Shown: piece by piece, positions 9,674 to 17,920 of the stretch | Position numbering within the stretch: position 1 is the first letter of the stretch | Layout: each line of letters begins with the position of its first letter | DNA from: an uncultured virus (IMG/VR IMGVR_UViG_3300030098_006004) | Lineage: Duplodnaviria; Heunggongvirae; Uroviricota; Caudoviricetes | DNA length: 64,000 nt | Virus record (IMG/VR): IMGVR_UViG_3300030098_006004 | Strand: one strand, 5' to 3' | Program-made: the position numbers and the translations under genes | The notes under the pieces: model-generated | Seen by the model: only the letters and a program-made list of their open reading frames with translations | Told to the model about the DNA's origin: nothing | Database searches by the model: none

Positions 9674-9674
9674 T

Positions 9675-9965
9675 TCAAGGTGTTTTTTTCTTCTTTTTCT
9701 TCACTTTTTTTAGTTCATCGCTGTGAACGATTGATAGGTCTGCAATTCCTATGCCTTCCATCCCTCGCTTGGACCTCTTGGCTTGGCTTAGATGCGATGG
9801 CACCGTTAAGGGCGTTTTTTTATTGGTCGTCGGGTCTGTTTTGACCACTTGCCAACCTTTTGTGAGTTTTGACTTAGCGGTAGAGGGGATATATTCACGA
9901 CTTTTCGCCTGTAGGGCTGCTTTTGTCGCTTCTAGGTCGTCTTTTATTTCAAATCGGCGGACCAT
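9675..9965 (-). CDS. basic hypothetical protein
   Basis: ORF track; AAGGAG RBS. Confidence 0.5.
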   Translation of the reverse strand: MVRRFEIKDDLEATKAALQAKSREYIPSTAKSKLTKGWQVVKTDPTTNKKTPLTVPSHLSQAKRSKRGMEGIGIADLSIVHSDELKKVKKKKKKTP

Positions 9966-10145
9966 TTTTTCATCACTCCTTCGAGGTCATAAGCCTGAGC
10001 ATCTCCTTGAAAGTATGCGTCAGGGCTTTCTTCATAATCGACTTCTAGCGCCGCTTGAGCGTAGTTTATGAGTGATTGCTGGTCCATGCTCGCAACAACC
10101 AGTTCGGCAAGTTTACGGCGGTGTTTCTTCGTGTTCTCGGTCATT

Positions 10146-10382
10146 TTATTGCTCGTTTATCGCTTCCGCGACTTCATTCCAGTTAACATTGTCTAAAAGG
10201 CAGTTGTCAGGGGTTTTATTCCCAAAGACAGCACGACAAAAAGACTCGGCGGTTGCTGGTCCTGCGTTCCTCTTAGGGAACATGGAAAGAATCGCCTCGT
10301 AACGCATTTGGTCATTGAATAACCAAAGGTTCACGTTCCAGGTTTCTCGGTTAGTCCATCCGTTGTAAGTCGTGTCAGGCAT
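10146..10382 (-). CDS. conserved small phage protein (YNGWTNxETW motif)
   Basis: YNGWTNRETWNVNLW...VNW.EVA. Confidence 0.65.
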   Translation of the reverse strand: MPDTTYNGWTNRETWNVNLWLFNDQMRYEAILSMFPKRNAGPATAESFCRAVFGNKTPDNCLLDNVNWNEVAEAINEQ

Positions 10383-10411
10383 GTTTTTTTCCTTTTGTTT
10401 GTCTCTGATGT

Positions 10412-10446
10412 CTTAAATATAAGAACGGATTTTCCGCTTTCAAGGG
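10412..10446 (-). promoter_or_regulatory. repeated early promoter
   Basis: CCCTTGAAAG-N-CGTTCTTATATTTAAG. Confidence 0.8.
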
Positions 10447-10451
10447 TTTAT

Positions 10452-10652
10452 TTAGTTTTTTTCGTGCTTAATCAATTCTAGGTCTGCTCGGTCCCAATTA
10501 TCAATCCCCGGTGTACCATCCCAGTCGATAACGCCTAAATGTGCGCCTCCCATGATGGTGAGTTTGTACCCTGCTTCACCGATTACCAAGCCGATATAAC
10601 TGGGCGTTCCGGTTATACATTCGGGAACCTTTACCAAATCACCGACTTTCAT
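10452..10652 (-). CDS. MKVGDLV-family SH3/KOW-like protein
   Basis: MKVGDLVKV...IGLVIG...LELI. Confidence 0.7.
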   Translation of the reverse strand: MKVGDLVKVPECITGTPSYIGLVIGEAGYKLTIMGGAHLGVIDWDGTPGIDNWDRADLELIKHEKN

Positions 10653-10878
10653 CTATCACCTCAACTGAAAAGTTTTTATCTTCTTTTAAAGCAACCCATC
10701 GCCAAAATTCGCCGGGGTTGTCTTCTTTTCTCAATAGGGCGAACTCTTTTTTTCTATCATCGGAGAAAATCAATCCTGTCTTGACCTTCACCACAATCCA
10801 TTCGGCTCCTTGCTCACGGACACGGTTTTTGCCGTGCTTTGTCTTCCCTGTGAGCTTTACTTTATCACCGCGTTTCAT
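10639..10878 (-). CDS. GDxV-family small protein
   Basis: MKRGDKVKL...VEVIDESR*; 14-nt overlap with next gene. Confidence 0.65.
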   Translation of the reverse strand: MKRGDKVKLTGKTKHGKNRVREQGAEWIVVKVKTGLIFSDDRKKEFALLRKEDNPGEFWRWVALKEDKNFSVEVIDESR

Positions 10879-10886
10879 CTTTTTCC

Positions 10887-11225
10887 TTATGAGAGTTCGT
10901 CAACGAAGCATTCCATTTCAACGCCGTCTTTCGTAACAGAAGCGCAGCCATCGCCGTGGTAGCCCACGAAGGTGACAGTACCGGAACAAATGTCGTCATC
11001 GGGGTCTGTCCACCGAACGACTTGACCGGCTTTGAAGGTTTGGGGCACTTCTTCAATACCTTCTTCATCAACTTCCCAGCTATCTCCGACATATTCCCAA
11101 GAGTCAGCCGAATCAATACTAATATCAACACCGGCTGCTTCGTGAATCGCTTCCTCGATGTCCTCCGCCTCTACTTCAACGTAAGTGCTCATCATAAAGG
11201 TGACTGGTACAAGAAACTTTTTCAT
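10887..11225 (-). CDS. acidic hypothetical protein with C-terminal SH3-like domain
   Basis: Start MKKFLV with AGGAG RBS; FKAGQVVRW...GTV. Confidence 0.55.
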   Translation of the reverse strand: MKKFLVPVTFMMSTYVEVEAEDIEEAIHEAAGVDISIDSADSWEYVGDSWEVDEEGIEEVPQTFKAGQVVRWTDPDDDICSGTVTFVGYHGDGCASVTKDGVEMECFVDELS

Positions 11226-11250
11226 TTTGAACTCCTGTTCTTTGTTACGT

Positions 11251-11285
11251 CTTAAATATAAGAACGAATTTTGTGCTTTCAAGGG
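11251..11285 (-). promoter_or_regulatory. repeated early promoter
   Basis: CCCTTGAAAG-N-CGTTCTTATATTTAAG. Confidence 0.8.
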
Positions 11286-11309
11286 TTTCAATGAAAAAAA
11301 ATAACTTTT

Positions 11310-11513
11310 TTATGGTGCTTCGCTTATGACCTCAAACAAAGACTTGAGCGCGGTCATTTCTAACAGAATCGTTCCGCCGTCTTGAAAGGTTACGGTGACA
11401 TCTTGCGCTTCGCCGTGTGGCGCTATTCCTGTGATGACTCCTAATTCTTTCTCATCCCATGAAATAAGGGCGTTGGTTGCTTTCTTGCCTTTTATCAAGT
11501 CGCCTACCTTCAT
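11310..11513 (-). CDS. MKVGDL-family protein
   Basis: MKVGDLIKG...LGVIT...FEVISEAP. Confidence 0.7.
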   Translation of the reverse strand: MKVGDLIKGKKATNALISWDEKELGVITGIAPHGEAQDVTVTFQDGGTILLEMTALKSLFEVISEAP

Positions 11514-11710
11514 ACTTTCACCTTATCAGGCGGGCATCGCTTCAAAAGGCTTAGAAGGCTTTTGTGGAGTGTTTTCTTTTTCTTGTCGGCAAAGATGTAG
11601 ATGTTGCAGTTTTCTTCTACAACTTCAAGAACCAGGGCAATCTCTCCAAAGTATTGCCAGTTGTAGCACCGAACCAAATCACCGACATTCACTAGGGCGG
11701 TTGAGTCCAT
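11510..11710 (-). CDS. GDLV-family protein
   Basis: VNVGDLVRC...IALVLEV. Confidence 0.6.
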   Translation of the reverse strand: MDSTALVNVGDLVRCYNWQYFGEIALVLEVVEENCNIYIFADKKKKTLHKSLLSLLKRCPPDKVKV

Positions 11711-12010
11711 ACTTTAAGTATGGTAAACAAAAAAAAACCCCATCAAGGTTTTATCCTATCAGGGGCTTTTAATCCAAAGGCTCGACGTCCCTCCGGCTTC
11801 CTGTGTCTGCCGGGGGGCTAAGTCCGGTTAAGCCCTATAAGGGGAATTTTCAAATGAAGGCTCCTTCGCAATCGGCTGGACAATCGCCAGCCAGTGGGCA
11901 GTTGCTTTCACAACCAATCTCGTCCTCGTCCATCCAGTCGTTATTGATAACTTTGAAAGGGTTTTCTTTTGTTTCTTCAATCATCATCGCGGCGGCTCCT
12001 TCTCTGTTGT

Positions 12011-12045
12011 CTTAAATATAAGAACCATTTTTTGACTTTCAAGGG
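12011..12045 (-). promoter_or_regulatory. repeated early promoter
   Basis: CCCTTGAAAG-N-GGTTCTTATATTTAAG. Confidence 0.8.
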
Positions 12046-12153
12046 TTTAAACAAAGTTTTTACAGATTATCTTTGAAACAGAACAGAAAGGCACCGGCAA
12101 AGACAGCAGCGGCAGCCAAAATGTAAGCAGTTACAACCATTTCTTTCTCTCCT

Positions 12154-12621
12154 TTAGGCTAAAACAAAATCGTTTTGGGGGTAGGATGTCCAATGTGCTT
12201 TGTCGTCGCCTGCCCATTGGATGCCCATGTATCGACCGGCGCGTGTCACAACGCCGACTCGGTTAGCGTAGCCTTGTCGGTTGGCTCGCTTGTTATCTTT
12301 TCCTTTCACAAGTGCGCCAAGTTCAAATTTGGGTGCAGGTGGCTTAACATAATTGATAAGTTGAGTTACGTTGTCCACGAAAGACCCAGCAAAGTAATCC
12401 ACCATCGAGTCGCTGTGGTCATCAACTCGTCTGACGTGCCAGTTGTGGGCTTCAAGAGGTCCGTCTTCTACTATCTTGTCGTTTTCTACTTTCCACTGGC
12501 GTTGAACTAACCAAGACAAAATGTATCCGTTGTAGGCGACACCGTATCGGCAGTTGCCGATAAGCTCAACTTTTCTGTCGAGGGCTTTCTCTACTTTCTT
12601 TACTGCTTTATCGTGAAGCAT
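12154..12621 (-). CDS. hypothetical protein with C-terminal SH3/KOW-like domain
   Basis: FELGALVKG...VGVVT...IQW; own promoter and GGAG RBS. Confidence 0.6.
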   Translation of the reverse strand: MLHDKAVKKVEKALDRKVELIGNCRYGVAYNGYILSWLVQRQWKVENDKIVEDGPLEAHNWHVRRVDDHSDSMVDYFAGSFVDNVTQLINYVKPPAPKFELGALVKGKDNKRANRQGYANRVGVVTRAGRYMGIQWAGDDKAHWTSYPQNDFVLA

Positions 12622-12646
12622 TTTTCTCTCCTGTTCCTTGTTACAT

Positions 12647-12681
12647 CTTAAATATAAGAACGGATTTTAGGTTTTCAAGGG
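12647..12681 (-). promoter_or_regulatory. repeated early promoter
   Basis: CCCTTGAAAA-N-CGTTCTTATATTTAAG. Confidence 0.8.
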
Positions 12682-12700
12682 TTTAGGTGAAAAAAAATAA

Positions 12701-12840
12701 AAAAGTGTCTCGGCGCTCGTTTGGCCATTCCGAGTCGATGGTCTAGCTTTCATCGTTTTCCTTACTCCCTGGAGCGACCAGGCAGGCTAAGAACTTGAAA
12801 GGTTGCCTATTGAGCCAGTAGGCACCACCGAGGCACTTTT
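12701..12840 (-). ncRNA. candidate structured ncRNA (closing stem plus three internal hairpins)
   Basis: Ends AAAAGTGCCTCGGTG / CGCCGAGACACTTTT pair; internal GCCTA/TAGGC, CCTGG/CCAGG and CGATG/CATCG stems; intergenic. Confidence 0.45.
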
Positions 12841-12844
12841 TTTA

Positions 12845-13201
12845 TTAGAATCCGCCAGGGAATTTCTCCCAAGCACTGAAATCGCCTTGTTTCGCAGAGT
12901 TTTTGACTTCTCGCTTGTCAGCAAAAATCATCCTCTTTTCCACTTCATCCAAGATAGCCTTGGTTCGGTAGAGCTTGGCACGAAAATGGGTAATCTCATG
13001 CCGCTCAACGTCAGGGTCAGCTTGCATTGAGTCAATGTCAGTGCGAAGCGCAGCCTGTCCTTCAAGCGCTGCTTGGAAAAGCGTTTCTAGTTCTTCAATG
13101 GTCAGAGTGACAGTCACGTTATTCTCCTGTGAAATCAATGAGTTATCCCATCCTGTCTGATAAGCACGGGAGTAACGAGGCGGCGGAAATTTTGTTTTCA
13201 T
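12845..13201 (-). CDS. hypothetical protein
   Basis: ORF track; coupled to upstream TAATG. Confidence 0.5.
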   Translation of the reverse strand: MKTKFPPPRYSRAYQTGWDNSLISQENNVTVTLTIEELETLFQAALEGQAALRTDIDSMQADPDVERHEITHFRAKLYRTKAILDEVEKRMIFADKREVKNSAKQGDFSAWEKFPGGF

Positions 13202-13554
13202 TATTCATTCTCGGTCAAGAAAGCGATGGCAAGAACGCCAGCCGCCAGCAATACAGCTACCAACGCACCCATTGTTTTAGAGAAGTGCGCCGAGGTTGAG
13301 GACAGTTTCGCCTTGCTCGTTCACATCAAGGTCGGAGCCGAGAACGCTTGATAGCTGTTGAAGGCTTGCGACCACGAGCTTGGCGGCAATCTCTTCGGAT
13401 AGACTGTCGGCGTTTTCAACGTGATTGTCATTAAGAACTTCTTCAATAATATCAGCAATTTGCGAGAGTTGGTTCATTTTTATGAACTCCTTAAAGTTGT
13501 TGTCTTTGATAACTTAATTGTAGGAACCGATTTCTCGGTTTCAAGGATTAATCG

Positions 13555-13800
13555 TTAAAAAATCCAAGAAGAAGTTGCGTCAATGTATTCTTGGACGGTA
13601 TGGAGGGATGCCTTGTAATCGCTATAGAACTCGCGTTTAACGGACTCAGGAACGATTGCAGGCTCTGCCCAGTATTTCTTGTTAAAGTTCGTGTAAGATG
13701 CCTTCTTGGGCGTCTCAGAGGCGCAATGGTCGCATAGGTTCATCTTAGGTCCGCGCCGGTAGTTCACAGTGCGATGAGTTCCACAGATTTTACAATACAT
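13555..13800 (-). CDS. small zinc-finger protein
   Basis: CKIC...CDHC; promoter variant at 13825-13854. Confidence 0.55.
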   Translation of the reverse strand: MYCKICGTHRTVNYRRGPKMNLCDHCASETPKKASYTNFNKKYWAEPAIVPESVKREFYSDYKASLHTVQEYIDATSSWIF

Positions 13801-13849
13801 GAGCGTTTCTCCTTGCTACAAATGAACTATAGGAACGGATTTTAGGTTT

Positions 13850-14047
13850 TCAAGAAATAAGTTCAATTCCGTTCTTAAATCCTGCCAGGTGCATCGCTAG
13901 GGGCTTGTCTTGAGTTGACCATAGGATATCAATTACATTCGGTTTGCTGTCAGCATTGGGAAAGGTTAGCCCGTAGGCGTAAGGCGCTCGTGTGATGATT
14001 CCAACGACACCATCAGTTGTGTCTCTAACCAAGTCACCGACTTTCAC
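13850..14047 (-). CDS. MKVGDLV-family protein (GTG start at 14047)
   Basis: VKVGDLVRD...VGIIT...IELIS. Confidence 0.65.
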   Translation of the reverse strand: MKVGDLVRDTTDGVVGIITRAPYAYGLTFPNADSKPNVIDILWSTQDKPLAMHLAGFKNGIELIS

Positions 14048-14240
14048 TAAGCATCTCCACAGACATGTAAAGGTTGCGGGCTGGAAGCGAGACAATATCA
14101 TTACCACACGCAACCTTGTATGTATATTCTATGTTAAAGTCACCATTAGGATTTCCATCCGGTACACATCGCCTGATCTTTTTCAGAACGATGCCAAGCC
14201 GACCTGATCTTTTGAGTTTTATCATATCACCGACTTTCAT
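14034..14240 (-). CDS. MKVGD-family protein
   Basis: MKVGDMIKL...LGIVL...MLSESR*. Confidence 0.7.
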   Translation of the reverse strand: MKVGDMIKLKRSGRLGIVLKKIRRCVPDGNPNGDFNIEYTYKVACGNDIVSLPARNLYMSVEMLSESR

Positions 14241-14539
14241 TAGTTAGCCCATAGGGTTGGGATGCCCGCAGGCACCTCGCCTTTAATCATGCCGCCATGC
14301 TTGGCGATAACATCCGTTACAACTTGAACAGGGACATAGGCATAAATCGTGTCTGTGGGGTAATCTGGCTCTGCCGCATACTTCAGCAACAAAGGCTCCT
14401 CGTGTGAAGGAAAGCCTATCTCAACCGCTGTATAGCGGTCAGCGTTCGGTTGGCGTGGCTTGCAGTAATTGCCTGTGCCTGCTTGAACGCTCATGCTAAA
14501 TCCGTCAGCACATACAACTGTTTTATTTAGTTTATACAT
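14240..14539 (-). CDS. conserved phage hypothetical protein
   Basis: CADGFSMSVQA....YC.PR......VE.GFPS...VY.YVP....I.KHGG pattern. Confidence 0.65.
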   Translation of the reverse strand: MYKLNKTVVCADGFSMSVQAGTGNYCKPRQPNADRYTAVEIGFPSHEEPLLLKYAAEPDYPTDTIYAYVPVQVVTDVIAKHGGMIKGEVPAGIPTLWAN

Positions 14540-14582
14540 ATCTCTTTCTCCTGTATCAATACTAGGAACGGATTTAAGACTT

Positions 14583-14801
14583 TCAAGGGCTTTCTGATAA
14601 AAGAATCAAATCTTTCTCGGAGCGCCAGCTATGCCTGGTGATAACCTTTGCATCCCCTGCATAAGAAAGCCATTGAACACAAAAATGAACTTTTTGATTA
14701 ATTTCATCATAAATATCAGGCACTTGATGTCGCACCGCATCATAAATAATGATACCAGTGACGATTGAGTGAATGTCCTGAACCAAATCACCTACCTTCA
14801 C
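14583..14801 (-). CDS. MKVGDLV-family protein
   Basis: MKVGDLVQD...TGIII...VQW...LLSESP. Confidence 0.7.
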   Translation of the reverse strand: MKVGDLVQDIHSIVTGIIIYDAVRHQVPDIYDEINQKVHFCVQWLSYAGDAKVITRHSWRSEKDLILLSESP

Positions 14802-14988
14802 TTAGAACCTCCAGGCAAAAATCAGCATGACGACCGATGTATCCGTTATCAAATCGAATCTCATAACACTGATGATAGCGCTCGTGCGGGTAAGGCTTAG
14901 GCAGCTTCTTGGTGATTATTCCTAGTGTGCCAAGGGGAGTGTGACGAGAAGCGTATTCGACTATTTTTACTAAATCACCTACTTTCAC
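14788..14988 (-). CDS. MKVGDLV-family protein
   Basis: MKVGDLVKI...LGIIT...LEVLSEGR*. Confidence 0.7.
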   Translation of the reverse strand: MKVGDLVKIVEYASRHTPLGTLGIITKKLPKPYPHERYHQCYEIRFDNGYIGRHADFCLEVLSEGR

Positions 14989-15154
14989 TAATCACCTCCA
15001 GGTGAGTCGTTTGGATGTTTCTTTCGGGGTTATCCGGGGCATAGTTACCCCAGAAGACCGTTGCAAGGTGCGTGCTCGCTTCTAACACGATTCCTAGCGT
15101 AAATGGCGGGGTGCTATCGTCGTATTTCCATCTAACCAAGTCACCGACTTTCAT
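14975..15154 (-). CDS. MKVGDLV-family protein (59 aa, absent from ORF track)
   Basis: Hand translation MKVGDLVRWKYDDSTPPFTLGIVLEASTHLATVFWGNYAPDNPERNIQTTHLEVISESR*. Confidence 0.75.
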   Translation of the reverse strand: MKVGDLVRWKYDDSTPPFTLGIVLEASTHLATVFWGNYAPDNPERNIQTTHLEVISESR

Positions 15155-15335
15155 TTAACAACTCCAGATGCATTAAAGGCTCTCGCGTAGGGTTATGTAT
15201 CACAGTATCGTGAAGCCAATAGACATTGACCCACCCGCTTTTGATATGTTCCACTACCAACCCGTAACAAGGCTCAACATGTGCTTGACATGCCCCTATC
15301 GGATCGCGCCATTTTACCAAGTCACCGATGTTCAC
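15141..15335 (-). CDS. GDLV-family protein
   Basis: MNIGDLVKW...YGLVV...VYW...LELLNESR*. Confidence 0.7.
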   Translation of the reverse strand: MNIGDLVKWRDPIGACQAHVEPCYGLVVEHIKSGWVNVYWLHDTVIHNPTREPLMHLELLNESR

Positions 15336-15495
15336 TCAACACCTTAACCTCAGATCGGAAAACATAGCGCACTTTGCCGTCTGTCCCAATCAATTCCATT
15401 CGTTCCTCTCCTGCGTAGTCACGCCCCAGCGTTCCAAGAACCAAGTAATAACGTATAGGTTCGTATAGAACGGTAACCAAGTCACCGGGCTTCAT
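15322..15495 (-). CDS. GDLV-family protein (57 aa, absent from ORF track)
   Basis: Hand translation MKPGDLVTVLYEPIRYYLVLGTLGRDYAGEERMELIGTDGKVRYVFRSEVKVLSEHR*. Confidence 0.7.
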   Translation of the reverse strand: MKPGDLVTVLYEPIRYYLVLGTLGRDYAGEERMELIGTDGKVRYVFRSEVKVLSEHR

Positions 15496-15742
15496 TTATC
15501 ACCTTCAACTTCTCTCTTCTCGTAAGCAACTTAAAGCGATATTCCGCTTGTTGAGCTTGAGAGCGGTCGGCGTAGTGCTTAGAGTAAACTAAAACAACCG
15601 GTCGCCGTTTTCTTGTGTATTTTGCGCCTTTAAGGCTCGTGTTATGCTCGGTGAGGCGTCGGTCTAAATCGGTCGTAACGCCCGTATAAAGGGTGTTGTC
15701 GCTGCATTTAACGACATATAGATACCAAGGCTTAGAGTTCAC
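15482..15742 (-). CDS. GIY-YIG nuclease family protein (YazA/UPF0213-like)
   Basis: WYLYVVKCSDNTLYTGVTTDLDRRLTEHN...GAKYT..RRPV...AEYRFK. Confidence 0.9.
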   Translation of the reverse strand: MNSKPWYLYVVKCSDNTLYTGVTTDLDRRLTEHNTSLKGAKYTRKRRPVVLVYSKHYADRSQAQQAEYRFKLLTRREKLKVINEAR

Positions 15743-15929
15743 TTATCATCTCCAATGAATAATCGGGATGCCAATGCTCGGCTGTCCCTAGCGTGTTGTC
15801 GGAGGGGCAAACCTTATACCAAAGAAAACCATCATCGTCCTCGTGAACATCTATTACGATGCTAAAATGGTCGTCCTCAAGCTCCTGGCGATAGAACTCT
15901 TTAACTCGTACAAGGTCACCTGGCTTCAT
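15732..15929 (-). CDS. GDLV-family protein
   Basis: MKPGDLVRV...SIVIDV...LEMISEL. Confidence 0.65.
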   Translation of the reverse strand: MKPGDLVRVKEFYRQELEDDHFSIVIDVHEDDDGFLWYKVCPSDNTLGTAEHWHPDYSLEMISEL

Positions 15930-16077
15930 TATGTGTATCATCTATCTCCAAAAGAGAAAAAAATTTTGGGTCAACGCTTTCGCATAAAGACGTTGACGGC
16001 AACCCCTACCCCAATGGTTAGGAGAACAATAGGAACAACATCCGCTAAGAGTGTTCCTAGATTTATAAAAAACTCAA

Positions 16078-16266
16078 TCATTTTACTTCACTAATTAGGA
16101 TTACGTTGTCCATAGAGATGGGAACTTTTTCTTTTAACTTAAAAAGATACACCATGACTTTACTTTCACGATGAAAAAAGAATTGGCGCTTCAATACGAT
16201 GCCGACTTGTGATGCCCAAGGTCTTGGGGCTGAGTCTATCACCCTTATCAAATCACCTTCCTTCAA
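16078..16266 (-). CDS. GDL-family protein
   Basis: MKEGDLIRV...VGIVL...LISEVK. Confidence 0.65.
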   Translation of the reverse strand: MKEGDLIRVIDSAPRPWASQVGIVLKRQFFFHRESKVMVYLFKLKEKVPISMDNVILISEVK

Positions 16267-17319
16267 CTTTCGTTCACGATTTTTACGACGTGAGTTTCGG
16301 AACCTTCTTCTAATCCTGGTATTACCTTTTTTCTTCCTCTCTGCGCTGCCTCTGCGGCTGTTCTAAGCGTTTTCAACCTAGAGGTAGAACAGTAGGTCTT
16401 TACGTTTGGAACTGGCTTTATCCATAGAATAATAGCGTATTCTTCGCCTTCGTGCTCGAAGAGCTTTTCAACTAAGCCAAGTTTGTCTGATTTAAGACCG
16501 CGCATTGTTACTATATCTGCTTTCTGTATCATTTTAACACTCGTGCCATTCCTTAAATGTGTAGTGGTCAATTATCCGCTGTGTTTCATCTACAAGACTC
16601 TGGGCTTCGTCTTGCCAAAGTTTATCTATCTCCTCCCAGTCAACCATTTCAAGAACAATCCCGCTGGGGCTTTCTCCAGTCTCCCACAGCTTATGACACC
16701 AGCGTGAGATCTCAGGGGCTCCTAGAAAATAAGAAGTTTGTCTGACCGTCTTTTTCATGGAAGGGTTCATTTCAAACCAAAGTGCCAACTTCCATGTATC
16801 CGTATTGGAAAAGGCTTCTTCCTTTACGTCGAGCGGAACTTGACGTAAAGGGCGCTTGCTACCAGAGATGTGATTGTTAAACATAAAGCAACTTCCATTA
16901 TTTCAAGAGACAAGCCAAAAATCAATTCTGGCATATCAAACTTCACGGGGCGATACATTTCTCTTTATCGTAAGAGAAATCATCCCACTCGCTTGTCTTA
17001 GATTTTGACTTCCCTACTCTCAGAGCTTGAGCTTGAAAGCGAGACAAGTGAAAACCAAGAGTGTTTTTTAAATCTTGGTTTTCAATGGTTTCAACGATGG
17101 TTTGAAGATTTTTAACCTTCTCCAAGAGGTCTTTTATTTTTTCTTTATCGGTCATTATTCATCCTGTGGTCAAGGTAGTAGTTACCTTTTGGTCCTAACT
17201 TAGTACACACCCAGTGGATACTAAAGGTCAGCAAAAGCCAAACTGGAACAGTAATATCAAATTCCATTTTCTTCTCCCTTGTTATACTAACTATAAGTAC
17301 AAGAATACAAGTTTCAAAT

Positions 17320-17547
17320 TTATTTTACAGGATTTACAATTCTTGCTTCCCAGAAAGGTTCATCGTATTCGCAGGTAGTGCTGTATTTACCCGCTACAAG
17401 ATAGGTAGTGTAGGTAGTTGGAGCGCCGTAAGCATTTCTCTTGGGATATACTGCGACGACGACACCGATGTCTATTGTTTCCTCATCGCCACGGGGTGAG
17501 TGTAGAGACACAAGGTCGCCAACGATAGGGTTGCGTCTTTTATTCAT
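17320..17547 (-). CDS. GDLV-family protein
   Basis: IVGDLVSL...IGVVVAV. Confidence 0.6.
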   Translation of the reverse strand: MNKRRNPIVGDLVSLHSPRGDEETIDIGVVVAVYPKRNAYGAPTTYTTYLVAGKYSTTCEYDEPFWEARIVNPVK

Positions 17548-17731
17548 AAGGCTTGATTACTTTCATATCAGATGGTTCTATCCACGCGGGCTTGCCATCG
17601 TTTGTAGTAAACCAATCGACTCCATAGGCTATTCTTATTATAGGTTCTCGCCCTCCTATGGATGTTCGGGTGCTAACAATAACGCCTCGCTCGGCTGTCT
17701 TCTTGCACTCGATCAAGTCTCCCACTTTCAT
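17540..17731 (-). CDS. MKVGDL-family protein
   Basis: MKVGDLIEC...RGVIV...VDW...MKVI. Confidence 0.7.
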   Translation of the reverse strand: MKVGDLIECKKTAERGVIVSTRTSIGGREPIIRIAYGVDWFTTNDGKPAWIEPSDMKVIKPYE

Positions 17732-17920
17732 CTAGATAACCTCTTCTTGTAGTTTTTCTTCAATAAAATCAAATGCTTCCTGCACAATCGAAGCTAACCA
17801 ATCCTCTCCTTCATCTTCAAGATAGGTCATAGTTTCTTCCATGACAGTAAGCAAGCTCTCAACATTCTCGTTCATTTGATCCGCCTCCTTCTTCTAATAT
17901 GTAGTGAGAGTGAAAAAAAT

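Noticed and set aside
7616..12681. Repeated 35-nt motif read as a CRISPR array
   Set aside because: Spacing is irregular (about 300-850 nt), the middle of each repeat varies, the intervals hold ORFs with RBSs and no cas genes are present. A two-box promoter fits better.
13850..15742. Integron with attC sites
   Set aside because: No integrase, and no palindromic attC or any spacer between the genes, which overlap directly.
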